Positions 11,344-23,725 of a stretch of DNA of 64,000 nucleotides are shown one piece after another. The DNA comes from Psammoneis japonica (lineage: Eukaryota), in contig QPGO01000006.1 of the NCBI GenBank assembly GCA_008632985.1, positions 186,001-250,000 on the forward strand, read 5' to 3'. Position 1 is the first letter of the stretch. Every line of letters starts with the position of its first letter. The position numbers were made by a program, and so were the translations under genes. Under the pieces are notes generated by a model that saw only the letters and a list, made by a program, of their open reading frames with translations, did not search any database and had not been told where the DNA came from.

Positions 11344-14300
11344 GGCGAAAAAAGTTGGCGTAGAAAACAAGCAAAATCCTGTCCAGCGAGTGCTTCAACT
11401 TTTCTTTCGCAAGTCGCTCCTTTACGTGTATATCGAAAAGGTGCATGAAATGACAAGATACGCTGTTAGGGCTGTAATATTCCTCCGTTTCTTCACGTTT
11501 CAATCGTTAATCCCTGTTTCTTATGCTTGAGATAAAAAGTAGCCGGTTGCCCAATCGCAATGATTTGGAACGACTGGTGCTCAGAATTCCATCAGCGGAT
11601 CCTTCTGTTTCTTAACGCGGACAAGAGTAGATTGACTTGTTCGGCGCTTTTCGTCACCTGCACGGTTGGAATGATTCTTTTCGGTTTCAGGCTGGCGATA
11701 CAGTCCACAAGTTCAGGGAAGCCGGAGTGTTCGCTGTGAGGCACACAGTGCACTGCGGACCGCGGTTTTAGCCCTCAGACCACATGCATTGGGTTTTAAC
11801 CCTGCCGACATTTCCAGCCGCTGTCTTCGAGCGGCTGGCGTCATGGCCTTTCTCCGCACTCATGTCGATGGTCAACACCCATGTGATGTGCTTCTTGGGA
11901 GGCTCGCAGTCTGCTGAAATGCCCCGACACACCCTCATCCAATCATCAGAGCCCAAAAACACGCAATTTCACTTGGGACATGCTTGCCGGTGGTCTTTTC
12001 ACACTAAATCTGAGTGCTGATGTCCTGATTGCCCCCGGCAACCCATGGCCTCTGAGCCCCTCATCCTGGTGTTGCCAACCCAGCCCACCCAGCACTGCTT
12101 TGGTTGTTGCTTCAATCACCTTCATGAGGTGAAGGTGTGGCGGAGGTGCTGGAGGCCTTGCAGGGTGGCCAGTTTGGGTTTGGGAAGAGGGGGTCAGCTG
12201 CTGTGACAGGAGCAAATCCCTCTCCCTTTGAATCAGAGAGTGGCTCTGAGCATGATGCCAGAAACAACAAACTTCAAGTGTGGGTGCTTGAAACTGGTTG
12301 CAAAATGGCCTGTTTCTCTGTGTTGGTGATCACTGGCTTGTTCGTGATCACTTCACAACCACTTTGCTCCAGAGAGCTTGCAACAGAGGAGCAACTCTGC
12401 ACTCCCAATGCTGTGCAGTGATCCACCCATGACTGGAGTGCATCACATGACAAGGCACAAAGGCACCACAGAAGCAGCCATTTGCATTGCAGTTGAAAAG
12501 GCAAGTGCACCTGCTGGCGAATGCATGAGAGCAGCAGAGCTCATGCACAGACAAATTCTGTGCCCCCCCCCCCACATCATGCACAGTCCTGCACAGAGCT
12601 GGAGCACATTGTCAGCAGCAATCTGGGACAGAATGTGTTGGAAGTCAACTGACAAGGTTGCTGCTGTTTGCCTTGCTTCTGTGCTCCAAGCATGGCTTGT
12701 TGAGAGCATCTTGCCATCTCTTTTCTCTGTTGACAACTGCTCAATGGCTCATCTTGTTTGCTCATTGCAGTGTGTGTGCTGTGAGCAAGTCTGCAAAGTT
12801 GGGTTGAGATCAGGATGGCAGCAGGAGCATGCTGTGCATAAAAAAATGAGGCAGATGTGTGAAAAATCTGCCAACAAATGAAGTGCAGGTCCTGCTTCTG
12901 CAATGACAGCAGCCTCTGTTTGCTTTGTGCATGCTGGAGCTTGTGCACCCGGGCCCCTCAGGTGCTCAGGTGGCAGGTGCACCAGTGTGCTCTTGGCCCA
13001 GCACACACTTTCTGTGTGGCCTGGTGAAACCCAAACCTGTGTGGATTCTGTGCATTTTTCCAGCAAAAAAAATGTTGATGAGTTGCCATTGCTCAAGACA
13101 CAAGGGTGGCATGCCCCACATCACACGGAAAATGGCATTTTTCCAGGTTTTGTCAGATGTGGCAATCTCTGGGGCACTTTTTTGAACATCTCAGAAAATG
13201 TTGGTGAGGTCTTCTTGCTCATGGCTCACAAAATGGTGTGCCATCAAATGACATGGACAATGGTGCTTCTTGGACAAATCAGATGCTGGGGTGCCAACTC
13301 CTCACAGATTGGCTTGGTCCTGTTGCAGATTGGTTTTTTTGTGGAGTCTTGCTCAGTCACACCATGCTCACCTTTGACCATCCCAAACTGGACTTTGCCG
13401 AATGTCTCACTCCCTGGCCCCCAACCCTGACCATGAAAAACTGTTTTTTCTTGCTGCAGGTGGTCTCCAATGTAAAAAGTTGATGAACAAAACAAACATT
13501 TTGAGTCTTGTCAATCATTTGGGTCATGAAGTGTTCATTTGCATGTTGCACAATTCAAACTGCTGCTGGCCAATGTTCATCTTTCATTTCCATTTGGAAA
13601 GCGACACATTGACAAACACATTTTGACCAGTTGGACACAAAATGTTTGTCGCTCACATTTGTTTGTCAAATTTTTACATTGGAAACTGCCTCAAGGAAGG
13701 TCATCCCCGCGTTTGTCCCAAAATTGTTGTGGCATTTGAACAAGATCATTTTTGCAGTGTTTGTTTTTGAGCACAAAAATCATTTGCACTCACACCGGAT
13801 TGCACAGAAAATGAAAACATCAGGAGCCATGAGCAAAGCACGATGATGATGCAATCGTTGATCTTTCTTGAAAACACAGTGGGGTGTCTGCAAACTTTTG
13901 ATGTGTGTGTGTGATCTTTGACACAAAAGGAGCACAAAGTGAACAAGAGTTTGCAATTGGACCACCCATGTCTCAGACTTGTGGCTTGTTGTTTTCACCA
14001 CAGCAAAGCACGGTGAAACTCACATCTTGAGCCATTTTGCCAAATTGGAGCTTAAAAAAGTGGTGACTGACCACTCTCAATGTTGGGATGTGGAAGTGGT
14101 GAAGCAGTGCATGTTGTTTTGGCCATGGATTCCCATTTCTGGCTTGGTCTGTGAAAGGCACAAACCAATCTGTTGGGAATTTTTCTCAATCAGATGCAGC
14201 AATCTCTGGGGCACTTTCTCAAACACTGTCAATGGAGTTTGGTGTGCTGTTTGTTGCCACTCCTGGAGAAAAAGAACAGGCAAAGATGCCCAAAGTGAGC

Positions 14301-15559
14301 AAGCCACTCTCCATCAAAATGATTTCAGGGAACTTTGAAGTCACACCCTGAAGTGCTTTTTTGCAGTTCTCAAGGACAAATGAGAAATTGCAATGCAAGA
14401 AGTGACCAGTTTGGCATGTCAGCAAGTTTCTTGGCTCTGGCAGCCATTCAACAATCCTGAAAAGACTGAAAGTGTCCTCTTCTTCAATGTTTTTGCCCTG
14501 CCACAACTCTGCCAAGCCTCTTCAGAGCTGTTGCTTGCCTTCTTGCCTGTGTGTGCTCAACAACAAAACAAAAGCCAACAGAGCATGTGAATGTTCTGAG
14601 GGCACTGCAATGACGAAATTCATCATGACGCACCTTTCATTCTCCAAGGTGCAACGGAGTGCCCCTGCAACCTTTTGATGTGAGTCTGACCAATGATGCA
14701 TGGAAGTGCAAAATGAGCAAGAGCTGGTGAGTTTGCCTGCTCCATCATTGCACTCACTTGGGCTGCTCATCAAAGCAGCTGTGGCCGCCACATTGCAAGT
14801 GCAGCAAAAACATTTTGGCAGAAAGTCGTGGGCAATTTTGGCCAAATTCAAGCTGAGATAAAAAAGAACAGCAGCTGGCCCCTGCCTCAAACAAAACACC
14901 CAGCAGCCTGATCTTGTTCTTAGAAATGCTCCTGAAACAAAAGTTTTTGACAACCTCCACTGCACTCTGAGCTTTGGGGAACATGAAGTGGCTGCAAGAA
15001 AAAGCAGCCACATTGCTTCTTTGTTCTGTCACAAAGAAATTTGTGAGCTTGTCTTGGCTTGCTTTTGTGTTGTCCAACAAAGCTGCAGGGGAGTGGCTTG
15101 TTGAGTGACCCTGCAATCACTCTGAGTTTGGCATGTTTTGCTCTTTCATTCAGCACCAGCTGGGTTGCCATGCTTTCTGAGTTCTGTGGTGTGTGGTGGA
15201 AATGTGCACAGGGGGGGGCTCTGGTGTGGTTTCCACACAGCAATGCACCATCCAATTGCCTGGCTGCATGCTTGAGCAGTCACACATCACAAGAAGAACA
15301 AGGGATGCACACAGTTGACACAGCTGTGTGAGTGAGGAGCATTGTGCAAGCAACCTGTGATTTGCACACATGATTTGAGTGGAGTCTGCTGCTGTGTCCA
15401 TTGTTGCAATGAGGTTTTGGCTGTCTTGGAGAGGGCTTTCACAGCTGACATCATTGTGGGGCTTTGATGCTCCATCTCAACACACGGAGTTCATCACTTG
15501 CAGCTTTTTGACCCAGCAACATGTCTTTCTACTGAGGATGCCAGGCGCCAATCTGAGAA

Positions 15560-16260
15560 GACAGGACAGGCAAGCCTTGCAGGCCAAGATGGGCTGCCCC
15601 GGCCATTGTGGTGCCAATTCTTGTGCATTGACAAAACCACTCACTTCTGACTGTGTGACCTCCACCATTTGTCCACTGGCCTTGCTGTGCTGCTGTCACA
15701 CAAAGCACTGCCTTGACCTCTTTGCCAGGCAATGAGCCCATTGTGCAGTGCCATGAAAGGAGTGAATCAACTTCACTGATGCTTGTGTTTTACTCTCTTT
15801 TTTGTGGTCTGCTGGAACCTGTGCTGGTGCCTTGGGTTGGGGGTCAGGGTGTGACTTTGCACCCATGTTTGCCACTTCAACATCCACAGCTGCTTGCACT
15901 GTTCTGCCTTGCCATCTGTGGACTGAGGTTTTGTCTCTGGCTTGTTTGAGTTCTCAGCAACACGTGGCAAGCTGTTGGATTGGCTCCCAGCAGCTGGACT
16001 TCCTGAGGTGCAACCAGCATCAATGGCAGGGGTTCATTGTGTGCTGAGGAAAGCTTGGTTGCCTTTGTCAACAGATCACTTGGCTTGCCACAAATCTTGC
16101 CAAAGTCATGAAATGACCAGCCCTCTCTTGTTCTTGCACTGAAGGGCATGTTGAGCAGAGAACTCACACCCACATCCACTGCAGTGCTGGGTTTGATCTG
16201 GTGAAGCACTGCCACATTGCAAGAAGAGCACACTGCAAAACTCTTGGTGCAAGCATTTGG
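15560..16260 (-). mobile_element. Decayed 3' region (Zn-finger and restriction-like endonuclease) of a CRE-like non-LTR retrotransposon
   Basis: Across frameshifts: HCSGCGCEFSAQHALQCKNKRGLVI, AVDVEVANMGAKSH, SEVSGFVNA; matches the CxxC..HALxCKxGG / DVRVxxxxAxSY / YSxVxGxVxAR pattern of RLE-type elements. Confidence 0.6.
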
Positions 16261-16884
16261 TGCTGCTCAGCACCTCACTTTGCATGCCATGTCCTTGTGT
16301 GCTGCCGAGGCAAAGGTCCAGTGACCATGCAGTGTGAGCCAGTTGTGGTGCAAACACCGCTGAGGTTTGCACTGGATTTTGTGGAAGCCTGTGTGAGGCT
16401 TCTGGTGGGATGGACTCAAGACCTGAAACTGTCCAAGTTCAAACATGGCATGTTTCCAAAGTGCACAAATGACTTGCAGGGCTCCTGCACAATGACAACA
16501 GCCTGTCCAAGGTGTGCCAGAGCTTTTTGTGCATTTTGGAAATCTGCTTTGCAAAGAACATTTGGACAGCTTTGGGCTTTCACAAAATCCAGCGCAACAA
16601 GTTTTGATGGCACTTTCACCACACACATTGCAGCAGGCTCTCACACAAGATTGTGCCAGAGCTTGCACACCCTGAAATGCTTGCAAATCTTTGGTTGACT
16701 TGCAGCTCAATTTTTCACATTTGCCGTGCAAGTGAAGTGCATCGCACACGCCCCTGCTTTTTTGCAAGCCTGTGCAACTCTGAGAGCTTTTTTGCACATT
16801 TGTGCAGATGGCTTGTGCTTGTGACAACATGACAGAAGCACATTTTTTGCATGACAAAAGGTGTGCTGCACTCTGCACATGTGT

Positions 16885-17112
16885 TGCCAGGCCTGTTCCA
16901 GCTCCAGGTGACGCTCACAGGCTCAATTCCCATCACTGGCCCATTTTGGCATTTGGCACAACAAACTCCTTCAAAATCAATTTTTTGCACTCCCCCTTTA
17001 ATTTTCAAAATGATCAAATTTGAAGGAGTTTAAATGTGCTAAACTGCGCAGAGAATCAAACTCCAGTGTGATGGATTGCGCATCACCTGGGGCCTGGGGC
17101 TGGAACAGGCAG
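16885..17112. mobile_element. Palindromic MITE-like element, copy 1
   Basis: cctgttccagctccaggtga ... actccttcaaa / tttgaaggagtt ... tcacctgg..gctggaacagg; homologous to 45930-46210. Confidence 0.6.
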
Positions 17113-17284
17113 CCACAACTCATCATGTCTTTTTTGATGCAGACCACATTCAACCAATGTCATCAAATGCAACGAGTGGTGCAATGGCTGGCTGACAGAA
17201 GCTGCCATGTGATGAAAGAAATTCCAAAGTGTTGCTGTGTGTCATGCCCACACATTTGTTGAAGCCCCTTCTTGTTCGTTGCAA

Positions 17285-18355
17285 GAAGTGTTGCCAGAGA
17301 CATGAAATCTGGAACACTTGGCACTTTGTCCATTGTTCAGACAAACTGGCACAATCCAAATGCAATCATCAAACCAAAATGTTTTCAAATTGCCAGACAT
17401 TCAATGCAACATGTGCAATTTGAACACTGCAATTCAAAGAAAATGACCCATCCACACATGAGTTGGCGACAAGAAGAAAGGCATTTGGCAGCAGTCGGGC
17501 ATTTTTTGTTTGGAGCACTTGTCACCAACCCTCCAAACAAAAATGTCATGAGGACAACTGAGGACAAGTGAGGACCAGCAAGGACATCTGAGGACAAGCA
17601 AAGACAACTGAGGGCAATGTGGACAAAATTGCATGAGGACAAAAACAAAACACAATGACTTTTCAGAGTCATCTGTTGCACCCCACTTGTGAGGAAGCTC
17701 ACGCAACTCCGCTGCTTGCACCAACCTGTTTTGCAGAAACAATGCTGAGACCTGTGCATGTCCGACAGTTTCACTCACCGACCCATGTCTGCCACGCCAG
17801 TGGACACACTCACCCACATGCATTTGAAGCAGTGCGCATCACCACGCAGTGCTGAATGGAGAACGGCTGGAGCTCTTTGGCATGCAGCCAGTTGGGCCAT
17901 TCTCAATGTCTGCACTGCAGCGGCAAAAATGTTGACAAATGAGTGGCTGTTGTCCAAACAACTGTGACCATCAACCATGGCTCATTTGTGCGTTTTGTTC
18001 TGATTGTCTTCAACTGTTCTCAATTGTCTTCAGCTGTCCTCAGTTGTCCTCAATTGTTCTCAGTTGTCCTCAGTTGTCCTCAGGCTGTTTTCATGACATT
18101 TTGTTCAAAGGGTTGGTGACAAGTGCTTCAAATGAAAAATGTCCAACTGTCGCCAAATGGCCGTCCCTCCTGTTGCTAACTTGTGCATGGATCTGTCATT
18201 TTCTTTTGAGTGCAACATGCAAATTGGACATCTTGCATTGAATGTCCGGCAATTTTGAAGTCATTTTGGTTTGGCAACTGCACTTGGATTGTGTTTGTTC
18301 ATCTGAACAATGGGCAAAATGCTGAGCATTCCTGGCAAATGTCTCCAGACATCTG
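17285..18355. mobile_element. Foldback or long-TIR element (arms about 370 bp) with internal 10-bp GAGGACAACT tandem repeats
   Basis: 17288-17660 aligns with the reverse complement of 17985-18352 (e.g. gcacttgtcaccaaccct, ccattgttcaga, gacattcaatgcaa). Confidence 0.75.
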
Positions 18356-18440
18356 CCAGGTTCATGCAAAAATGTTTGTGTGCTCATGACATGAAAAAGT
18401 TGTGCTTTGTTGATGCAGATTTGTGCTTTTGTGCTTTCCA

Positions 18441-18700
18441 GACAGTGATGAAAACAAAAGGTTTGTTGGGTGCTGGGCCATGACAATGAAGCACAGCAGA
18501 TTGTGCAGCACAGCTTGCTGTGGACCAAGGACTGAGTGTTGCAACCCAGTGGGACAAAGGAGGATGAAGTTGCCAGTCAAGAAATTGTGCATTGGTCCAA
18601 ACCTGGACAACAGATTTGATTCCAGATGTGTGCATGCAGAGCACAAGGTGGATGAAGAGTTGACATTTTTGCAGCCAGCAAATTGCTGCTGCAAGAAATG
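18441..18700 (+). pseudogene. Decayed copy of the 3' end of the GT90 gene at 1..605
   Basis: gtttgttgggtgctgg vs gttcgttgggtactgg; tcaagaaattgtgcat shared; gagcacaaggtggatgaag vs gagtataatgtggacgaag. Confidence 0.85.
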
Positions 18701-20440
18701 ATCTGACTCATGCTGGCTGGCATTTGGAAGACCAGCAGGAGCAAGCTTGAGCAGCATCACAATGTGATGCTGGCTGCTCTTGTGCTTGCAAAAACAAAAT
18801 GGCTCTCTTGCTTCATTTTGGTGATTCCAAAGCTGCCCAATGAGCTCAGCTCACATGTGCTGCTGCTGCTCCACAAGCTTTGCAAATCCATTTGTTTGTC
18901 CAAGTTGGAGAAGACAGCTGAGAGCAGAGGCAAGAACAGCAAAAACATGAATCCCCATCCTTTGCAAACTGAGCGCACATGGTGTTGCAAGGGACTGACC
19001 ACACAGGAAACAGATTCCCACTTTCTTTTGTCAGCTGAAAAGCTTTTCCCCCATTTTTCCCTTCTCCAGCTCAGGGTTTTTCTTCAAAGTCACTTTGAGC
19101 TGGGTTTTGTGTTTTTTGGCCCTCTCAAACTCCTGGCACACCAGGCACATGCTCACAGCTCACATTTTTTTTGCTGGCCAACCCTCACTTGCAGTCAATC
19201 AAGTGCAGTGCAGCAGGCAACTTTAACGTGCAACCCCTCCCCCCAAGGGCACTGAAGCTGTGGTGCTGCCAGACCATGCCAACTTGGAGAGGCTAGGTGT
19301 GGGCTGCAAAAAGAAACCGCTGACTCAACAGCTCCAAAATGATGCCATTCTTGATTCAGCAACATGAAAAAAGGCTCAGCTTGGTCACTTGTCTTGGATG
19401 TCAGCACATTGGCAACAAGAGCCTCCTGGTCCAGCCAAGAACAGACGAGCTTGTGACTTGAGCAACTCTGGTGCTGTTCTCAACAGCTGACCTGTGGGAA
19501 ATGCAGAGATGGGAGGCTCAATGAAGCTTGGCTGCATGGCTCATGACATCTCATGAGATTCTTCCACAACGAGGCAGTTGGGTGAGTGATGACAGGATGC
19601 AGCACACCTCAAAAGCAGTTTTGATGATGTTGCTTCAGCTGCAGCAGCAGCCACATCACATGGGCAGCTACAGCACAGACTCCTGTGTGCACTGGTGCTG
19701 TCAGGTGGCTGCTTCTGTTTTGTGCAGCAACTCTTGCAGTTGATGCTGCCACTTGCTGAAGCCATTGAGATGGCTCCTGTGAAGAGTGGCTTCCATGAAC
19801 TCCCAGCTGTTCAGCACTCAACCTGTGGCTGTTGTTTTGTGCCAACCTCTGCTGTGTGCTCCTGTGCAGCATCACAATCCAATGTTTGTGTCCAACAACT
19901 CATGTCAATTTCTCTGAGCAACAAATTCCATGATGAATTCTGGGCCATTGCATCGTGAAAGGAGAAGGTGTGTCAGCTTGAAAAATTAAATGATGTGAGC
20001 TGCAATGAGGAGAAGCTGAGGTGATTGCTGGCTGCACTCCAAGACCAGAGCAGATGCCTGGAACGAGGCAAAATGCTCTTTGGTTTTCAGCTCTGATGGC
20101 TGGGCGCCTCTCTGTGCGGCATTTTTGCAAGCCCACCTGCCACAATGCAACCAGCTTCAGGTGATTGGCACCACAAACAAGCAAAAGTGGATCTGCACTC
20201 TCTCAAACGGGCAGCCATCATTGTGGTTGGCAAGAATGACAAAGGGCAATTACAACTGGGGGCGGACAACATTGCGATTCAGAAGGCTTAGAGGAGAAAA
20301 TAATTTGAAGAGGCTACCAAACTGAGCTTGTACACATTTTAACAACATCAATTCCTGTAATGCCATGATCTCCACATGAAAACAATCTTCTACTGTGCAC
20401 TCTGCACTCCGCAACACGCAACACACAACAGCCACAAACT

Positions 20441-21553
20441 TCAACTGCCTTTTTGCTTTTCTCTGCAACGCTTCTGCTCACTCGCAGCTTTCTGCTTAAA
20501 TTCTTCGCTATGATATCCAGAATCAACAGCAAAAGCAGAATGCTTCATTCCACCTAAACATGTATCCAAGAGTTTCTTGCTTGGGGCCTGGTCGCAAATC
20601 CGGTACCCTTCGCAAATCAAGTCTGCGTCTTTAATGACATAACCTCCCGCCGGTCGCAACTGCAGACGCACGTTGAACTTGCTAATTCCACCAGTGTCTC
20701 GCATAGCAAGCAAATAAAACACAACATGACCAAAGCCATGCCTGCACTCTCGACCAATGTCATTTGAAACAAACGCGACATATTCATCTTCTTCCACCAA
20801 GTTGCCACAAAATGATTTTGCCAAGTCCGTAGGATACTCATTCAAGTCTGGTCTCGTGAGAACAACGTAGTGCCAGTCGAATCCGTGTTGAGCATGGAAT
20901 GGCATTATGTCCGGCTCGGGAACCCGCTGCATGCGTTGGAGCTCATGCAAAAAGGACGGTGCATCGTACATGCGATCTTCTGTACTACCATCGATTCGCA
21001 ATGATCCCTCTTGGATCAGCTTGTCGGCTGTAATAGCACCCACCCAGTGCCAAAACCACCACAAACACCCCGGGCACATGCTTTGGTCTGCATATTCTCG
21101 GTCATTGGGAACATGTTTATACTTTACAAAAGGTTGATGACCTGGTTTTTTTACTGGTGTCGCAGAAAAAGCCGACAGCCCCTTCAATTCGGCGGCAGCG
21201 TTTTGGGCCGCAGCAAAGGTGGTTAGTTCAAAGAGTTCCCCGTAAACACCACGTACTCCAATGACGTCGAGAGCCTTGTCGACCATGTCAACAAAAGGTC
21301 CAATGTCAACAAAAAACGACTCCGAAGCCGCTTTCACGGTGTCGTTCTGCATCATCTCGATTGATAGCGTAGCTACATCGCTTTGCATGCGACGAATGGT
21401 GTCCTCCAACGACGAGTCGATCTCTTTCTCAATCTCTTTCTCCGCAACAACCAGATTTGGGACATCACGTTCCTTTTCAGATGATAACAAATGAGTCGTC
21501 GCGCACATGGCCAAGAGGACAGCGATTGCAAACGCAGCAAAGGCCTTCAGCAT
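20441..21553 (-). CDS. Hypothetical secreted or membrane-anchored protein with HG-containing motifs (HAQHGFDWH, CRHGFGH)
   Basis: 370-aa ORF with ATG start, hydrophobic N-terminus and normal TA/CG content. Confidence 0.75.
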   Translation of the reverse strand: MLKAFAAFAIAVLLAMCATTHLLSSEKERDVPNLVVAEKEIEKEIDSSLEDTIRRMQSDVATLSIEMMQNDTVKAASESFFVDIGPFVDMVDKALDVIGVRGVYGELFELTTFAAAQNAAAELKGLSAFSATPVKKPGHQPFVKYKHVPNDREYADQSMCPGCLWWFWHWVGAITADKLIQEGSLRIDGSTEDRMYDAPSFLHELQRMQRVPEPDIMPFHAQHGFDWHYVVLTRPDLNEYPTDLAKSFCGNLVEEDEYVAFVSNDIGRECRHGFGHVVFYLLAMRDTGGISKFNVRLQLRPAGGYVIKDADLICEGYRICDQAPSKKLLDTCLGGMKHSAFAVDSGYHSEEFKQKAASEQKRCREKQKGS

Positions 21554-22385
21554 GCTCCTTTGTTTGCCACATTGGCAAGTGCCCCTTTCACCTACTGGTA
21601 GTACTTCTCGCGTGCCCGAAGTCTCTTTTCCACCGCGTTCGATTAAGTCAGCTACTTCTCATCAGATTGACGAAGTGAACCGTCAGCAGAGCCCCAAGCG
21701 GAACCGACGACCTTTCCAGCACCCATTGCAAACGCTGTCGACCCGCGGTTCCGTGACGAACATACAAGAAGTGGACACAGATAATTGTAGATATCATAGC
21801 CCTATGCTTCGCGTCGGCTCTCCTGATTTTCTTTGTGGATTTTTTGCTCAACTTTTATTTTCCGTTGCGAGTCCCGCTAGCCACTGTAGCATTGGGATAA
21901 TATTATTCGGTCCTTAAGTAAGAGTCCTGAGCACTTATGGAACCCGACGAGGATATGATACTCAATCATGGATATACACAATTATTTTCGACCGAGCGAT
22001 CACGCCATTCTATTTTGGATTTTTGATTTTTTCAAAAAACCACTCACTACTTATCAAGACATCATTCGAACGACATCGGGTTTACTGTGTATTGTATGTT
22101 TGACGCGATCCTCGATCCTGAAAAAAGTTAGCTGCTACTGCGTAAATCCAGCAGTGGGGATTGTTTGTGTAGGCCCGCTCTAAGGCTATCTTAAACGGAT
22201 AGGGCCCTGGCTGTATTACCATCATATAAGGTATCATATCGTTCACACCATCGCATCGGTATTTATTCGAGTGCTCATGCCTGTCCTTGATTGGGCGAAG
22301 ATCGGGGCAAAGATTAATGATCCTTCGTCTATCGAGGTGCCAAAGAAATAAGTGTTTCGCTCACCTATTTCGCTCACATCTAAGC

Positions 22386-23531
22386 ATGACAGGGCTCGAA
22401 CAGATGCGCGAACAAAACGCGTTTCCCGGCTTTTTGATGCTCCTGATAATTCTTGCAATTTGGCAATGTTATGAATCATGGACTACTGGGAGCTGTGGCG
22501 ACCCTGACAACTTCTCTCGAGAGACGGTGGTAGATGCGTCAACACCACGCCAGCGCCTCTGTCGTGTTCCATACATCAAAGTCGAGGAAGATGTCTACAA
22601 GCAGATCTCCTACCAGTGTGGTGGGAAGGATTACTATGACTTTCACAATCGCCTCCAGCGCCTTTGGAATGAATCTCAGGGCGAACGTCCCTTGTGGGGA
22701 CGTCGCGACTCGCCAGTTCCACACGATGCCAATATTTTTGTTTGGGGGAATTCCCAGACTCGCCAAGTCGTCGAGGCTCTGTTGTGTCAGTATCAGGAAG
22801 ACATTGTAGATAGCTACTTGCCTTTAGAAGATGAATATGGTCGACAGGACCTTAGGGGCAATTTCCTGGGTTGGGCGCAGCTGGAGTTCTCATCACCCCG
22901 GCCGGACCGCAAGCACAAGGTGACGATTTTCTGGGTCATCAACACATGGCACAGTTATACCGGTGATCAATGGCAACACGTGATAGAGGACTACGTTCTC
23001 CAAAATATCACAGAAGCAGCGCCCTGTAGCAGCAGTGGTAGTAGGAAGAAGAGCATCAAGAAGTTGGCTGATTTTGATGCCGTACTTTTGGGTAAATTTA
23101 ACAGAATGTCAACCGGAGCTAACACTCAAGATGGATTCTACCGCCGTACCTATCCGTACAAAGAGCGGTACCCCAATCTCATTGATTTTGATGCCGAAGT
23201 TCCCCAGCCGGTGAACATCAGTCGCCGATTCAAAGGCCCGGTATTGGGGGTGCTTCCCTTCGCTCCCCTTAGCAACGGGACTGTACGACGCTTTCGAGGC
23301 GCAACGGAAAACGGGGCAGTCGAGAAAAATCTGTCTAACCTGGTTATTATGGACGGGCGACGCTACATGAATGTACTTGGGGAGTGTGTAGGAACATCTC
23401 ATTATGGCGTGAGTGAGTGTGTCAACCAGACCGAAGGGCATCGCTGTTCTGGAGCGTATGGAAGCCATGCTGATACGATGGTGTGGGAAATCGCTGAAAC
23501 CTTGCACCTGCTTTTTTCGGATGAGAGTTAA
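22386..23531 (+). CDS. Type II membrane SGNH/PC-esterase-like protein (putative polysaccharide O-acyltransferase or esterase)
   Basis: TM FLMLLIILAIW; IFVWGNSQTRQ resembles the GDS motif; C-terminal GHRC; first in-frame ATG at 22386. Confidence 0.6.
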   Translation: MTGLEQMREQNAFPGFLMLLIILAIWQCYESWTTGSCGDPDNFSRETVVDASTPRQRLCRVPYIKVEEDVYKQISYQCGGKDYYDFHNRLQRLWNESQGERPLWGRRDSPVPHDANIFVWGNSQTRQVVEALLCQYQEDIVDSYLPLEDEYGRQDLRGNFLGWAQLEFSSPRPDRKHKVTIFWVINTWHSYTGDQWQHVIEDYVLQNITEAAPCSSSGSRKKSIKKLADFDAVLLGKFNRMSTGANTQDGFYRRTYPYKERYPNLIDFDAEVPQPVNISRRFKGPVLGVLPFAPLSNGTVRRFRGATENGAVEKNLSNLVIMDGRRYMNVLGECVGTSHYGVSECVNQTEGHRCSGAYGSHADTMVWEIAETLHLLFSDES

Positions 23532-23669
23532 TCAAAATCTATATATAGCGATTGATCGTGTTTACGGCAGTCCAAGAATGAATCAACATTTATGTGGCGA
23601 TTGATTGTGTTGATGATGCAGCACTGGAACTTAGGAACGGGCACTCCTTTTAAAAGAAACCCATCTTTT

Positions 23670-23725
23670 CCGCCAAAGCTCCCGCCGCAGTTTGCCGAAA
23701 GTCGGATTCCCAGCGCACAATGTCA
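23670..23725 (+). pseudogene. Short fragment of the last exon of the kinase at 57097..58893
   Basis: agctcccgccgcagtttgccgaaagtcggattcccag vs agctgcccccgcagtttgcccaaagtcggattcccag (58694). Confidence 0.6.

Larger units (their letters stand above)
11760..20240. other. TpA/CpG-depleted decayed-repeat domain 2
   Basis: About 8.5 kb with very few TA or CG; nested TE relics and a dead GT90 copy. Confidence 0.9.

Noticed and set aside
13140..14240. Repeated segment (cagatg...caatctctggggcacttt at about 13154 and 14191), translating as KVPQRL.HL on the minus strand
   Set aside because: The similarity is real but too decayed to assign to any TE or gene family.
17550..17640. Short regularly spaced repeats resembling a CRISPR array
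   Set aside because: 10-bp tandem units with no unique spacers and no cas genes, in eukaryotic context; they are part of the foldback arms.
11760..20240. Dense overlapping Cys/His/Gln-rich, Tyr-free ORFs in all six frames (also in the other depleted domains)
   Set aside because: Artefact of composition: loss of TA removes TAA/TAG stops and Tyr codons, while TG/CA excess gives Cys, His and Gln. These are not genes.
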